In this document: in pieces, positions 19,194-28,002 of the stretch
How the letters are laid out: every line of letters begins with the position of its first letter
How positions within the stretch are numbered: position 1 is the stretch's first letter
Assembly: GCA_030447145.1 (NCBI GenBank)
Contig: JAUJLY010000001.1
Coordinates: forward strand, 4,907-34,103
Reading direction: 5' to 3'
Length of the DNA stretch: 29,197 nt
From: Thermomicrobiales bacterium
GTDB lineage: Bacteria > Chloroflexota > Chloroflexia > Thermomicrobiales > UBA6265
Program-made: the position numbers and the translations under genes
The notes under the pieces: model-generated
Seen by the model: only the letters and a program-made list of their open reading frames with translations
Databases searched by the model: none
Told to the model about the DNA's origin: nothing

Positions 19194-20143
19194 TCTTCCA
19201 TCACGTCCGTCACCACTTTTGTCGGGAGGAGGTGGCTCCCCGACTCATTTCCCTGCCCTACACCAAGCCAGTTACCGGTACTATCGTACAAGCGTAGGCC
19301 ACCCGCCGCGCCCTCGAGCGCCACGGGTTTTCCGTGGCGCCAGTCGGTTGCGGCATGAGCGTCAAGTACAACGGCCGGCCAGTCCTGAAGCACCGTATCC
19401 GGGTGAAACGCGATCGTTTCCCATTGCTCGGCTGCTATCAATGCTTCCAACTCAGGAATCGTGACCGCGTCTGAAAGCGAAAACGGACCTGTGCGTACAC
19501 GGATTAGGTTCGACATATAGGCGCCAGTGCCCACCCGCTCTCCAATGTCGCGAGCCAGGGACCTTACATAGGTGCCCTTGGAGCAATCCACCCGGATCCG
19601 CGCGGTCGGTGGTTCCCAGGCGTCCAGCGAGATCCCGTCGATGTTGATGGGTCGCGACTCCAACTCCACCGATTCTCCACGGCGCGCGCGTTCGTAAAGA
19701 CGGTCTCCATTCACCTTGATTGCGGAATACGCTGGGGGTACTTGAAACTGTTTGCCCATGAATGACTCGAGCGCCAGCACAATATCGGATTCTTTCAGGC
19801 GGCTTGGGTCACGAACCGACGTGACGGCACCGTCTATATCAGCGGAATCCGTAGTTACCCCGAATGTGACATCGGCTACATAGGATTTGGAGGCTCCGGA
19901 CAGATACTCAACTGAGCGCGTCGCAAGCCCCACCGCAATGGATAAAACCCCCACAGCAGCTGGATCAAGCGTTCCCGCATGGCCAACACGGCGCTCACCC
20001 AATATGCGACGAACTTTTCCGACGACTTGATGGCTCGTCCAGCCTGCTGGCTTGTCGACCACAAGATATCCGTGATACAAACCGCGGGTTTTCCTTTTTA
20101 CCATCAGGGGATCCAACCGAGATAAAGCGAGCCCGGCCCCCAT
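19190..20143 (-). CDS. truB: tRNA pseudouridine(55) synthase
   Basis: VDKPAGWTSH, GHAGTLDP, VPPAYSAIKVNG, CSKGTYVRSLARDIG. Start is ATG 20143 or ATG 20104. Confidence 0.96.
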   Translation of the reverse strand: MGAGLALSRLDPLMVKRKTRGLYHGYLVVDKPAGWTSHQVVGKVRRILGERRVGHAGTLDPAAVGVLSIAVGLATRSVEYLSGASKSYVADVTFGVTTDSADIDGAVTSVRDPSRLKESDIVLALESFMGKQFQVPPAYSAIKVNGDRLYERARRGESVELESRPINIDGISLDAWEPPTARIRVDCSKGTYVRSLARDIGERVGTGAYMSNLIRVRTGPFSLSDAVTIPELEALIAAEQWETIAFHPDTVLQDWPAVVLDAHAATDWRHGKPVALEGAAGGLRLYDSTGNWLGVGQGNESGSHLLPTKVVTDVMEE

Positions 20144-20227
20144 TCTGCATCCCCCATATCCATGTTCATTATTTCAGTTTGTCGGACACCAGCGACTCGT
20201 GCGGCGTGGTGGAACCCGTTGCCCATC

Positions 20228-21238
20228 CTACTTGACCCGAGGTTCAGCAATAAGCTCCGCCACGCGTGAGAGGAAGTGCTGCTTTTCAGCCTCTCCTCCC
20301 TCAATTTGAACCCCGGCGGCACGCGGATGACCACCCCCGCCAAACTCTGCCGTTATCGCAGCGACGTCGACATCGACAGGAAGGCTTCGCATGCTGATAC
20401 GCCACCCATGGTCGTTCGCGAAGAGGATTGCAGCCGCACGGGACCCCTCGGTCCCTGCAAGGAAGTTCACCATACCTTCCGCTTCACTTGGCTGGGCGCC
20501 ACATTCCGCAAACGTCTCTTCAGTGAGCTCTGTCCAGATCAGCTCACCGGTCCATTGGACGCCCTCAAGGGCCTTTCTCCATAGGCAGACTGATGACTTC
20601 GGCTTCAACCGGAAGAGTGCATCCACAATGGGAACCGGATTAGCTCCAGCATCCACCAGATCCGCAGCGGTGCGCATAGTGCGGGATGTGGTCGATTCGG
20701 TGCGAAGTCCCAGCGTGTCGCCGTAGATTCCCGCCAGCAAGCATTGTGCAATCTCACGCGTGAGTACCGTACCCCATACGGCCAGTACGTCGGCGATGAT
20801 TTCGGTGGCGGACGCAGCACTTGGCTCGACAATATTGACGACTCCAAAGCGCCCATTGGTAATGTGGTGGTCGATGTTAACGATAGGGACACGCCCGTCG
20901 AGACGACTTGGATCATCCTTATAGAACTTGCCGAGCCGCGTCCGGTCGGAGCAGTCCGCCAGGCAGAGCATGTCGTATTCAGGCGCTTCGTCCCGGGTGT
21001 ACAGCAGTACCTCGGAGGCCCCAGGCAAGAATTCAAGCGCGTGGGGTAACGATCCGTCGCTGATTATCGGCACTACTTCGAGACCGTGCTGACGCAAAGC
21101 TATCGTCAGTGCAAGCACTGAGGATAGCGAATCAGCATCGACATTTTGGTGCGTTGGCATCAGGATCCGCGTTGCTGCCTTGAGCTGGTTCAGGGCATCA
21201 TGTGCGGCCTGAGCGTCCAACCTCCACCCGGATGTCAT
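20228..21238 (-). CDS. nrnA: DHH family phosphoesterase (NrnA-like oligoribonuclease / pAp phosphatase)
   Basis: HQNVDADS, DCSD, NIDHH, GIYGDT and GGGHPRAAG (DHHA1). ATGA overlap with rbfA; usual position after rbfA. Confidence 0.9.
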   Translation of the reverse strand: MTSGWRLDAQAAHDALNQLKAATRILMPTHQNVDADSLSSVLALTIALRQHGLEVVPIISDGSLPHALEFLPGASEVLLYTRDEAPEYDMLCLADCSDRTRLGKFYKDDPSRLDGRVPIVNIDHHITNGRFGVVNIVEPSAASATEIIADVLAVWGTVLTREIAQCLLAGIYGDTLGLRTESTTSRTMRTAADLVDAGANPVPIVDALFRLKPKSSVCLWRKALEGVQWTGELIWTELTEETFAECGAQPSEAEGMVNFLAGTEGSRAAAILFANDHGWRISMRSLPVDVDVAAITAEFGGGGHPRAAGVQIEGGEAEKQHFLSRVAELIAEPRVK

Positions 21239-21645
21239 TTTGATTCCTCGGAGTTGGGGGAATCTTCGGTTTCCCCGTCCGGGTGAGTACGGCGGAATGC
21301 TTTATCCTGCGCCCGGATCTCGCGAAGTGTTTCCGAGATATGCTGCGCATACTCCATCGACCTGTCATCACGGAACTCCAACTCGGGGATTTGCCGCATC
21401 CGGAGCCGGGGCTTGAGGTGATAGCGAACAAATTTGGACGCCGAGCGCAACGCCGCAAGCGTGCCGTCACGCTCCTCATCCGAGCCCAGCACGCTGATGT
21501 AAACGTGGGCGGACCGGAGATCCGGTGGGACCTCTACATTCGTAATGCTGAAGAAGCCTATCCGCGGGTCCTTAACCTCGCGCCGGATGATGTCGTCGAG
21601 CTCCTCTTTCAGGAGCTCGCCTACTTGTCGTGTCCGTCGTGTCAC
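21235..21645 (-). CDS. rbfA: Ribosome-binding factor A
   Basis: RRTRQVGELLKEEL, KDPRIG, DLRSAHVYIS, LRMRQIPELEFRDD. GTG 21645 chosen because the ORF-track start at 21774 overlaps infB. Confidence 0.95.
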   Translation of the reverse strand: MTRRTRQVGELLKEELDDIIRREVKDPRIGFFSITNVEVPPDLRSAHVYISVLGSDEERDGTLAALRSASKFVRYHLKPRLRMRQIPELEFRDDRSMEYAQHISETLREIRAQDKAFRRTHPDGETEDSPNSEESK

Positions 21646-21683
21646 AGTCGTTCTCGTGTCTCTTTCGAGCAGCAGGACACCGG

Positions 21684-23573
21684 CTACGAAGGCCGGGCCA
21701 CTTCCTCGCGATGCAGGAACTCGATCTGGTCGCCGACCTTCAGGTCGTTGAATCCTTCCAGCCCTAATCCACACTCATAGCCCGCCGCAACTTCGCGGAC
21801 ATCGTCCTTGAATCGCTTCAGCGATTTTATGCCACCTTCGAAGAGAACGGTACCGCTGCGCAACACCCGGGCACGCGAGTTTCGAGGAACCTTACCGTCA
21901 AGCACGTAAAGACCGGCGACCACATCGTTGTTGGGAAGCTTGAACGTTTCCCGCACCTCAGCATAACCGTCGGTCACGTCCTGATACACGGGAGCGAGAA
22001 GACCGGTCATAGCCTTCTTCACTTCATCAATCAACTCGTAGATGATCGTGTAGAAGCGGACATCCACGCCAACGGCGTCAGCGGCCCGTTTTGCAGCAAC
22101 ATCCGGCCGGACGTTGAAGCCCAGTACGATGCTTCCCGTCGTCGCTGCAAGGTTCACGTCAGACTCTGTCACAGCTCCTGTCGCTGCAAGCTGGACGGAA
22201 AGCGTAACCCCCGCCTCCATGTCCTCGTTGAGTTTGAGCAGTGCATTCTGGATGGCACCGAGCGAACCCTGGACGTCCGATTTGATGATGACGCGCAGCT
22301 CTGCCGTCTTGCCTTCCTGGACCTGGTCGTAGAGATCGGTCAGCTTAATCGGACGATTCTCGTTCAGGTGCTCGACACGCTTCTGGGCAGATCGCTGCTC
22401 GGCGAGTTGGCGTCCGGCCTTCTCATCCTCGAAAGTCAGGAACGTATCGCCGGCCTGCGGAACTTCCATCAGGCCCATGACTTCAACCGGTGAGCTCGGT
22501 CCGGCGCGACGGATCCGCTTGCCGCGATCATCGAACATCGCCTTCACCCGGCCCCAGGTCGTGCCTGCGACGACGACGTCACGCATATTGAGCGTTCCGC
22601 TTTGCACGAGCAACGTCGCAACCGGGCCACGGCTTCCGTCAATCTTCGCCTCGATGACCACGCCCTGCGCCGCCTTGACCGGATTTGCCTTCAATTCGTT
22701 GACGTCGGCAACAAGCAAGAGCACCTCAAGCAGGTCATCGATGCCCATGCCCTCCTTCGCGGAGACCTCGACGAACGGAATATCACCCCCCCATTCTTCC
22801 GGCATGACCTCCATCTCGGAAAGCTGCTGCTTGATGCGATCCGGATTCGCCGCCGGCAGGTCGACCTTATTGACCGCCACGACCATGGGCACCTGCGCAG
22901 ACTTGATATGGGCGACGGCCTCCCGAGTGGTCGGCATGACGCCATCGTCAGCGGCAACCACCAGAATGGCAATGTCGGTTACCTGTGCGCCTCGAGCCCG
23001 CATGGCGGTGAATGCTTCGTGGCCAGGGGTATCGAGAAAGGTCAGCTTCCGGCCCTGGCTTTCAATCTGGTACGCACCGATATGCTGGGTGATCCCGCCA
23101 GCCTCGCCTTCCGCGACATTGGTCGAGCGAATGGAGTCGAGCAGGCGCGTCTTGCCATGATCGACATGGCCCATGATCGTGATCACCGGCGGTCGGGTCC
23201 TGGAGTCGGGATCGCTATCGTTTTCCAGGCGTCGGCTCTCGAAGTCAGCAACCGTGGACTTCATCGCCGAGTCGGCCTCGTTGGTTTCCCATCCGAGTTC
23301 CTCGGCCACCTTTGCGGCCGTTTCATAATCGACCTGCTGATTCAGATTGGCCATGATGCTAACCTTCATCAGTTCCCGAATGATTTCAATACCCGAGGTC
23401 TCCAGGATATCGGCGAGTTCAGCCACTGACATAACAGGAGGCAGGGATACCGGCTCGCGGACCACGGGTGCAGCACGCTTCACGGCCACTGTACGAGCAC
23501 CGCCCCCGGCACCTCTGCGTCCACGCTTATTGCCACCACCCCGGCGTGTTCCGCGTCCAATTGTGTCGGTCAT
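21684..23573 (-). CDS. infB: Translation initiation factor IF-2 (short N-terminus, 629 aa)
   Basis: [55 protein letters not shown]. Confidence 0.98.
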   Translation of the reverse strand: MTDTIGRGTRRGGGNKRGRRGAGGGARTVAVKRAAPVVREPVSLPPVMSVAELADILETSGIEIIRELMKVSIMANLNQQVDYETAAKVAEELGWETNEADSAMKSTVADFESRRLENDSDPDSRTRPPVITIMGHVDHGKTRLLDSIRSTNVAEGEAGGITQHIGAYQIESQGRKLTFLDTPGHEAFTAMRARGAQVTDIAILVVAADDGVMPTTREAVAHIKSAQVPMVVAVNKVDLPAANPDRIKQQLSEMEVMPEEWGGDIPFVEVSAKEGMGIDDLLEVLLLVADVNELKANPVKAAQGVVIEAKIDGSRGPVATLLVQSGTLNMRDVVVAGTTWGRVKAMFDDRGKRIRRAGPSSPVEVMGLMEVPQAGDTFLTFEDEKAGRQLAEQRSAQKRVEHLNENRPIKLTDLYDQVQEGKTAELRVIIKSDVQGSLGAIQNALLKLNEDMEAGVTLSVQLAATGAVTESDVNLAATTGSIVLGFNVRPDVAAKRAADAVGVDVRFYTIIYELIDEVKKAMTGLLAPVYQDVTDGYAEVRETFKLPNNDVVAGLYVLDGKVPRNSRARVLRSGTVLFEGGIKSLKRFKDDVREVAAGYECGLGLEGFNDLKVGDQIEFLHREEVARPS

Positions 23574-23578
23574 AGTGC

Positions 23579-23938
23579 TTACTCCTTCGGTCCCGCCGCT
23601 GGTACGCCATCATCCGTCCGGAGAGGCGCACCAGCGGCAAATTCCCTTATCTTAAACAGCGATTCCGGTGTCGGAGTCGTTTTCAGTGCCTTCGCCAGGA
23701 TCGGCGTCGTCACAGCACGCTCCCAACACATTTGCTTGTCACATACATACGCACCCCGGCCGTTCATACGGCCGGTTGGGTCCACCTCGATCTGCCCCTC
23801 TTCGGCCCGCACGATCCGCGTCAACGTCCGCTTCGCGCTTGTGTCACGGCAGACAATGCAGGTTCGCTGAGGAACATGCTTCGGGCGGGGTCCTGACTTC
23901 TTCAACGATTTCTGCTGCTTAAGTCCAGTTTGAGGCAT
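23579..23938 (-). CDS. rnpM: YlxR / RnpM family RNA-binding protein
   Basis: PQRTCIVCR, DPTGRMNGRGAYVC..C; lies between nusA and infB. Confidence 0.92.
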   Translation of the reverse strand: MPQTGLKQQKSLKKSGPRPKHVPQRTCIVCRDTSAKRTLTRIVRAEEGQIEVDPTGRMNGRGAYVCDKQMCWERAVTTPILAKALKTTPTPESLFKIREFAAGAPLRTDDGVPAAGPKE

Positions 23939-23955
23939 ACGTTGTCTCGCCTCCT

Positions 23956-25314
23956 TTAGACCTCAGTGCCACCCGCTCTCGACAGGGCGCTGTAGTCCGT
24001 TTCATCAGCATCGTCAAGCGGCAGACGCTGACCGGAGACCTGATCGAATCGGGCTCGCAAGTCCCGCTCGTAGTAAATCTCCACGACGCCGTCAACTACG
24101 TCGACATCGACCTGACGTCGAATCAGATCATCGGACAGCGGTCCAAAGGACTGCTCGTTGACGGTCACCATGCCATCGGCCTGCACGGCACGTGGCTGAC
24201 GCCCCTGCCAGCTGAAATCAGGCATCATGCTTGCGGACAATTCCCGCGTCTGCCGGAAGAAGTCGTCACCTGCCTGCAGCAGGGACTCAGGTCCCTTGAT
24301 GTCAATGCGCCAGCCCGTTAGCTTGTAGGCCAGTCGAGCGTTCTGCCCTTCCTTACCGATCGCAAGGGACATCTGATCGCTCGGCACAATGACTGTCGCC
24401 ACCCGTTGATCGTCAGCCTCGCTGAGCGACACGTTGGTTGGCTTGGCGGGGCTCAGGGCGTTGGCAATGAACGTGGCGACCTCCGAAGACCATTCAATAA
24501 CGTCGATCTTCTCGCCGTACAGCTCGTTGACAATGTTCTGGATACGGACACCACGGACACCCACGCAGGACCCTACCGGGTCAACCTTCTCCTGTCGAGC
24601 AGCAACCGCCACCTTCGAGCGAAGACCCGGCTCTCGGGCGATCTCCATGATTTCGACAGCGCCGCTCTGAATCTCGGGCACTTCCTGCTCAAACAACCGG
24701 CGAATGAGCCGCGCATCTGAACGGGAAACAATGAGCTGGGGGCCTCGAGCGTGGGCGTTCACCTCGGTCAACAGCACCTTGAGCCGTTGGTTGGGGCGGT
24801 AACGCTCCGTCGGCACCTGCTCCCGAGCCGGCATGACGGCCTCGGCCTTGCCAAGTTCGATGATGACTGCACGGTTGTCGGCGCGCTGCACAACACCGCT
24901 GAGGACCTCGCCTTCCTTGTCCTGGTATTCCTTATAGACAGTCTCCCGCTCGAAGTCGCGAATTCGCGTATGCACGACTTGCTTGACTGTCTGTGCGGCG
25001 ATACGTCCGAAGTTCTCGGGGGTTCGCACAATCTTGATCTGGTCGCCGAGAATTGGCGCGGGTGCGAAGGCCCGAGCATCATCCACGCTGATCTCCAGAT
25101 CCGGATCCACTACCTGTTCTACTACGGACTTCACCACCACGACCTGCATCTCGCCGGTGGCCTGGTCTAGCTCAACACGAACATCCTCCTCGGAGTTCGC
25201 ATTTTTCCTGTACACCGCAGTTAAAGCCTGCTGAACGGAACTCAGGACGGCTTCTCGGGGGATGCCGCGCTCGGCTGCAATCTGGGCGATCGCGGTGTAG
25301 AGATCACTCTTCAT
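23956..25314 (-). CDS. nusA: Transcription termination/antitermination factor NusA with an atypical C-terminal extension
   Basis: FGRIAAQTVKQ, S1 domain, AREPGLRSKVAV, DPVGSCVGVRG.RIQ, SLAIGKEGQNARLA..LTGWRIDIK. SD AGGAGG. Confidence 0.97.
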   Translation of the reverse strand: MKSDLYTAIAQIAAERGIPREAVLSSVQQALTAVYRKNANSEEDVRVELDQATGEMQVVVVKSVVEQVVDPDLEISVDDARAFAPAPILGDQIKIVRTPENFGRIAAQTVKQVVHTRIRDFERETVYKEYQDKEGEVLSGVVQRADNRAVIIELGKAEAVMPAREQVPTERYRPNQRLKVLLTEVNAHARGPQLIVSRSDARLIRRLFEQEVPEIQSGAVEIMEIAREPGLRSKVAVAARQEKVDPVGSCVGVRGVRIQNIVNELYGEKIDVIEWSSEVATFIANALSPAKPTNVSLSEADDQRVATVIVPSDQMSLAIGKEGQNARLAYKLTGWRIDIKGPESLLQAGDDFFRQTRELSASMMPDFSWQGRQPRAVQADGMVTVNEQSFGPLSDDLIRRQVDVDVVDGVVEIYYERDLRARFDQVSGQRLPLDDADETDYSALSRAGGTEV

Positions 25315-25387
25315 CGCGCACCTCCTGCTCTATAAAATCGATCAAAGAAAAGGACGGGGGGTGGGAGAGGCTGGGGTTGATCTGCCG

Positions 25388-25420
25388 AACAACAAGAAAC
25401 GCGGGCGTGGGCCCACGTTT
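25388..25420 (-). terminator. Terminator-like hairpin in the nusA leader (candidate attenuator)
   Basis: AAACGUGGGC-CCAC-GCCCGCGUUU followed by CUUGUUGUU, located between the promoter and the nusA start. Confidence 0.6.
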
Positions 25421-25447
25421 GATCCCACCAGGTTCGGTTCCGACACA

Positions 25448-25477
25448 AATGTACCATGTTTGCCGTGTTTGGTTCAA
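25448..25477 (-). promoter_or_regulatory. Sigma70-type promoter of the nusA-infB operon
   Basis: TTGAAC (25477-25472)-18 nt-TACATT (25453-25448), with an extended -10 TG. Confidence 0.7.
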
Positions 25478-25507
25478 TTGGCCTTGGGGTTCAGGCAATC
25501 CTGTGCG

Positions 25508-25516
25508 TGCTATAAC
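25508..25516 (+). promoter_or_regulatory. Extended -10 element for the SH3-tyrA genes
   Basis: TGC-TATAAC, divergent from the nusA promoter. Confidence 0.5.
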
Positions 25517-25639
25517 TAGCAGATTCCGCGAGCGCGCTGAGCGGTTTTACCGAGGCCTGACCGCGAGCCTGTTACCTCTATGCACGTTGCCCGCTAATCC
25601 ATGCCGGGCCAACCCTCTCACCACTCCCTGAAAGGACCC

Positions 25640-26221
25640 ATGACCGATCCCGGACTGAATCATCGTCTCCGGCAGCGATCACGCCGTGCAGGTATCATGA
25701 TTGGCATCTCCATGCTGCTCACCATTGCCGTCTGCGTTGGCAGCTTTTCCATCATCTATGCACAGCTGGACACGATTGTCAGCGACTTTGTAACGCGGAA
25801 CGAACCGGATCAGGCACGTGCGACAGAACCCGCTGTGGTAGCAGCGGCTGCTCCGACCCAGCCGCCATCGAGCGTACCGACCACTGCCCCGGTCCCTGAA
25901 CCGACCGATGCACCGACGGAAGCACCGGAGGAAACCGCTGAGGCAGACGCCACTGAGGAACCCAACGAGGGCGAATTTGACCCGGATTACCAGATCGACA
26001 GCGTTGGAAGTGTCAATCTGCGATCCGGCCCGGGAACTGACACACCGGCAATCAGGGCACTCCCCCTGGAAGAACCCCTGCTTTACCTCGGTGAGTCTCA
26101 GGAATCCGATAATCCGGGGCGGGATGGCCTTGCGGAAGGCCAGGTTTGGATGCACTTTCGTACCGAGGACGGTGAGGAAGGCTGGGTTCGAGAACTCGAC
26201 GTCACGGAGTACGTTCCCTAG
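25640..26221 (+). CDS. Membrane-anchored SH3b domain protein
   Basis: One N-terminal TM helix, a P/T/E/A-rich linker and a C-terminal VNLRSGPGT...W.....GEEGWV (bacterial SH3). SD AAAGGA before ATG 25640. Confidence 0.85.
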   Translation: MTDPGLNHRLRQRSRRAGIMIGISMLLTIAVCVGSFSIIYAQLDTIVSDFVTRNEPDQARATEPAVVAAAAPTQPPSSVPTTAPVPEPTDAPTEAPEETAEADATEEPNEGEFDPDYQIDSVGSVNLRSGPGTDTPAIRALPLEEPLLYLGESQESDNPGRDGLAEGQVWMHFRTEDGEEGWVRELDVTEYVP

Positions 26222-26233
26222 GAGACTTTAATA

Positions 26234-27241
26234 ATGCAGCAGATCTCGATTCTCGGTTTGGGCCTCATTGGTGGATCCATTGGATTGGGTCTCCGGCGCT
26301 GGTCTGCCCAGCACGAGAATGCCCTCCGTGTCATTGGCTACGACTCTGACATGGACAAGCAGACACTCGCCAAGAAAATGGGTGCTGTTGACGATACAAC
26401 CTGGTCGCTTGCCGATGCGGTGCGGTCCGCGGATGTCCTCATCATTGCGACGCCTGTTGGATCAATGCGAGAGATCTTCTCCGACATCTCGCCGCACCTC
26501 AAGCAGGGCGCGATCGTGACTGACACAGGTTCAACCAAGGTCAACGTACTGGAATGGGCTACCCAACTCCCTGGGCACGTCTCGTTCGTGGGTGGACACC
26601 CCATGGCGGGCAAGTCCGAGAGCCTGGAAGCGGCAGACGCCGATCTCTTCAGGAATGCCACCTGGGTCGTCTGCCCCGGCGTCACCGCCAGCGAGGCCGC
26701 AATCAAGAATGTACTCGGCCTCGTCGCCGCCGTCGAAGCGGAGGCGTTCTTTGCTGATCCAGCGGAACACGACAGCTACGTGGCAGGCGTCAGCCACTTG
26801 CCGATGGTTGTCGCCGCAGCGCTCGTTCGGACTGCTACTGCCGACCAATCGTGGCGCGACATGCGCACCCTCGCCGCCGGTGGATTCAAGGACACAACCC
26901 GCCTCGCTCTCGGGAGTCCTGAGATGCACCGCGATATCTCCCTGACGAACAGGGCAGCAATCTCCCGCTGGATCAATCAGATGGTCGTGACACTGGAGGA
27001 TTTTCGGTCCGTCCTCGCCCTCGAGGACGAGGAAGCTGCGGGAGAACAGATCTACGAATTCTTTTCTGAAGCGCAGGAACAGCGAGCGCGGACTGAGGTG
27101 GTCCAAAGCCGAGCATCAGAACGGAATCCGGAGAGCGCAGGCAACCTTACGAGTGAGAAGGTTTCCGACTCGATGGGTAGGATGTTCCTCGGGGGACTTG
27201 GACGACGCGACAAAAACAAGGGCAAGAAGCGGACCGGTTAA
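26234..27241 (+). CDS. tyrA: Prephenate/arogenate dehydrogenase family protein
   Basis: ILGLGLIGGSIG Rossmann motif, TDTGSTK, GGHPMAG, HDSYVAGVSHLP, AGGFKDTTRLA. SD GGAG. Confidence 0.93.
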   Translation: MQQISILGLGLIGGSIGLGLRRWSAQHENALRVIGYDSDMDKQTLAKKMGAVDDTTWSLADAVRSADVLIIATPVGSMREIFSDISPHLKQGAIVTDTGSTKVNVLEWATQLPGHVSFVGGHPMAGKSESLEAADADLFRNATWVVCPGVTASEAAIKNVLGLVAAVEAEAFFADPAEHDSYVAGVSHLPMVVAAALVRTATADQSWRDMRTLAAGGFKDTTRLALGSPEMHRDISLTNRAAISRWINQMVVTLEDFRSVLALEDEEAAGEQIYEFFSEAQEQRARTEVVQSRASERNPESAGNLTSEKVSDSMGRMFLGGLGRRDKNKGKKRTG

Positions 27242-27376
27242 GCCCCTTGGTGCATCTCCGCGTATCGGGGCCGTAGAGGGATTTCCGGCGTTTTCCGGAT
27301 AACACAGCAAATACCGGCTCCAGCGGAGTAGCCGCCAGGAAAATCAGATGGCGGGGTCCGGGCACGGTTGAATCGA

Positions 27377-27886
27377 TTACGGTACGATGGCCCACCCCGA
27401 CGGCAACTCGTATTGAAAGATGCGCCTCGTCGGTTTCCCGTTGATGCGAACCCGCCCCCGATCCTTCCGCCTGAGATCGTCGTAGCTGTTCTGGACTTGA
27501 ATGATCCGCTGCTCCTTGAGATTGAACACGACGAGCCCAAGCGAACCTGGCACCAGGCTTCGCCGTCGGGTTGCCTGGTCGATCACCCGGAACGACTGAC
27601 GACTCGTGTCGTCTTCCGCGCTTAAGGCGGCTTCAAACCATCGGCCGACTGTTTCAACATTATGCTCGTCGAACCTGTTCAGATCCCTGTTGACCGACTC
27701 CGCCCAGGCGCTATCAAATCGCCGGGCATGCGCCATCAACTCTGCAAAACTGCCTGCTCCATGGGCAATCGACGCCGCAATCACCTTCAAACCGTGTGGC
27801 GGCGCGACGAAACTCACGGTCCCCTTGTGATCAATGACGTTGCAGCGGAAATGACTGCGATAGTGCGCTGCTGACTGGCTACTCAT
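27377..27886 (-). CDS. Hypothetical soluble protein (169 aa)
   Basis: Globular-looking alpha/beta sequence from ATG 27886 (MSSQSAAHY...), preceded by GAGGAATCGAGGG. The ORF-track extension to 28120 overlaps the divergent gene and looks non-coding. Confidence 0.75.
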   Translation of the reverse strand: MSSQSAAHYRSHFRCNVIDHKGTVSFVAPPHGLKVIAASIAHGAGSFAELMAHARRFDSAWAESVNRDLNRFDEHNVETVGRWFEAALSAEDDTSRQSFRVIDQATRRRSLVPGSLGLVVFNLKEQRIIQVQNSYDDLRRKDRGRVRINGKPTRRIFQYELPSGWAIVP

Positions 27887-27931
27887 TTCCCTCGATTCCT
27901 CTGACCTTACGGCACCTCGCTTGTCACCGGT

Positions 27932-27940
27932 AGGGTACCA
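27932..27940 (-). promoter_or_regulatory. Extended -10 element for the minus-strand hypothetical gene
   Basis: TGG-TACCCT on the - strand about 45 nt upstream of ATG 27886. Confidence 0.45.
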
Positions 27941-28002
27941 TTGGAAGACAGGCGCCATGGGGCACCCCTCAGCTTTTTCTTGTCTGCACTGGTGTAGAGA
28001 CC

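Noticed and set aside
20144-20227. Possible internal promoter between the DHH gene and truB
   Set aside because: There is an AT-rich patch (GAAATAATG on the - strand) but no convincing TAnnnT or -35 pair.
21646-21774. N-terminal extension of rbfA
   Set aside because: It overlaps infB in another frame; RbfA similarity starts at GTG 21645.
24043-24192. Possible IS remnant at the transposase-like segment
   Set aside because: The segment is in frame within intact nusA, with no inverted repeats, target duplication, DDE domain or frameshift. It is treated as a fused domain, not a mobile element.
27368-27625. 85-aa + strand ORF after tyrA
   Set aside because: It lies entirely antisense to the better-supported 27377-27886 gene and has no SD or motif.
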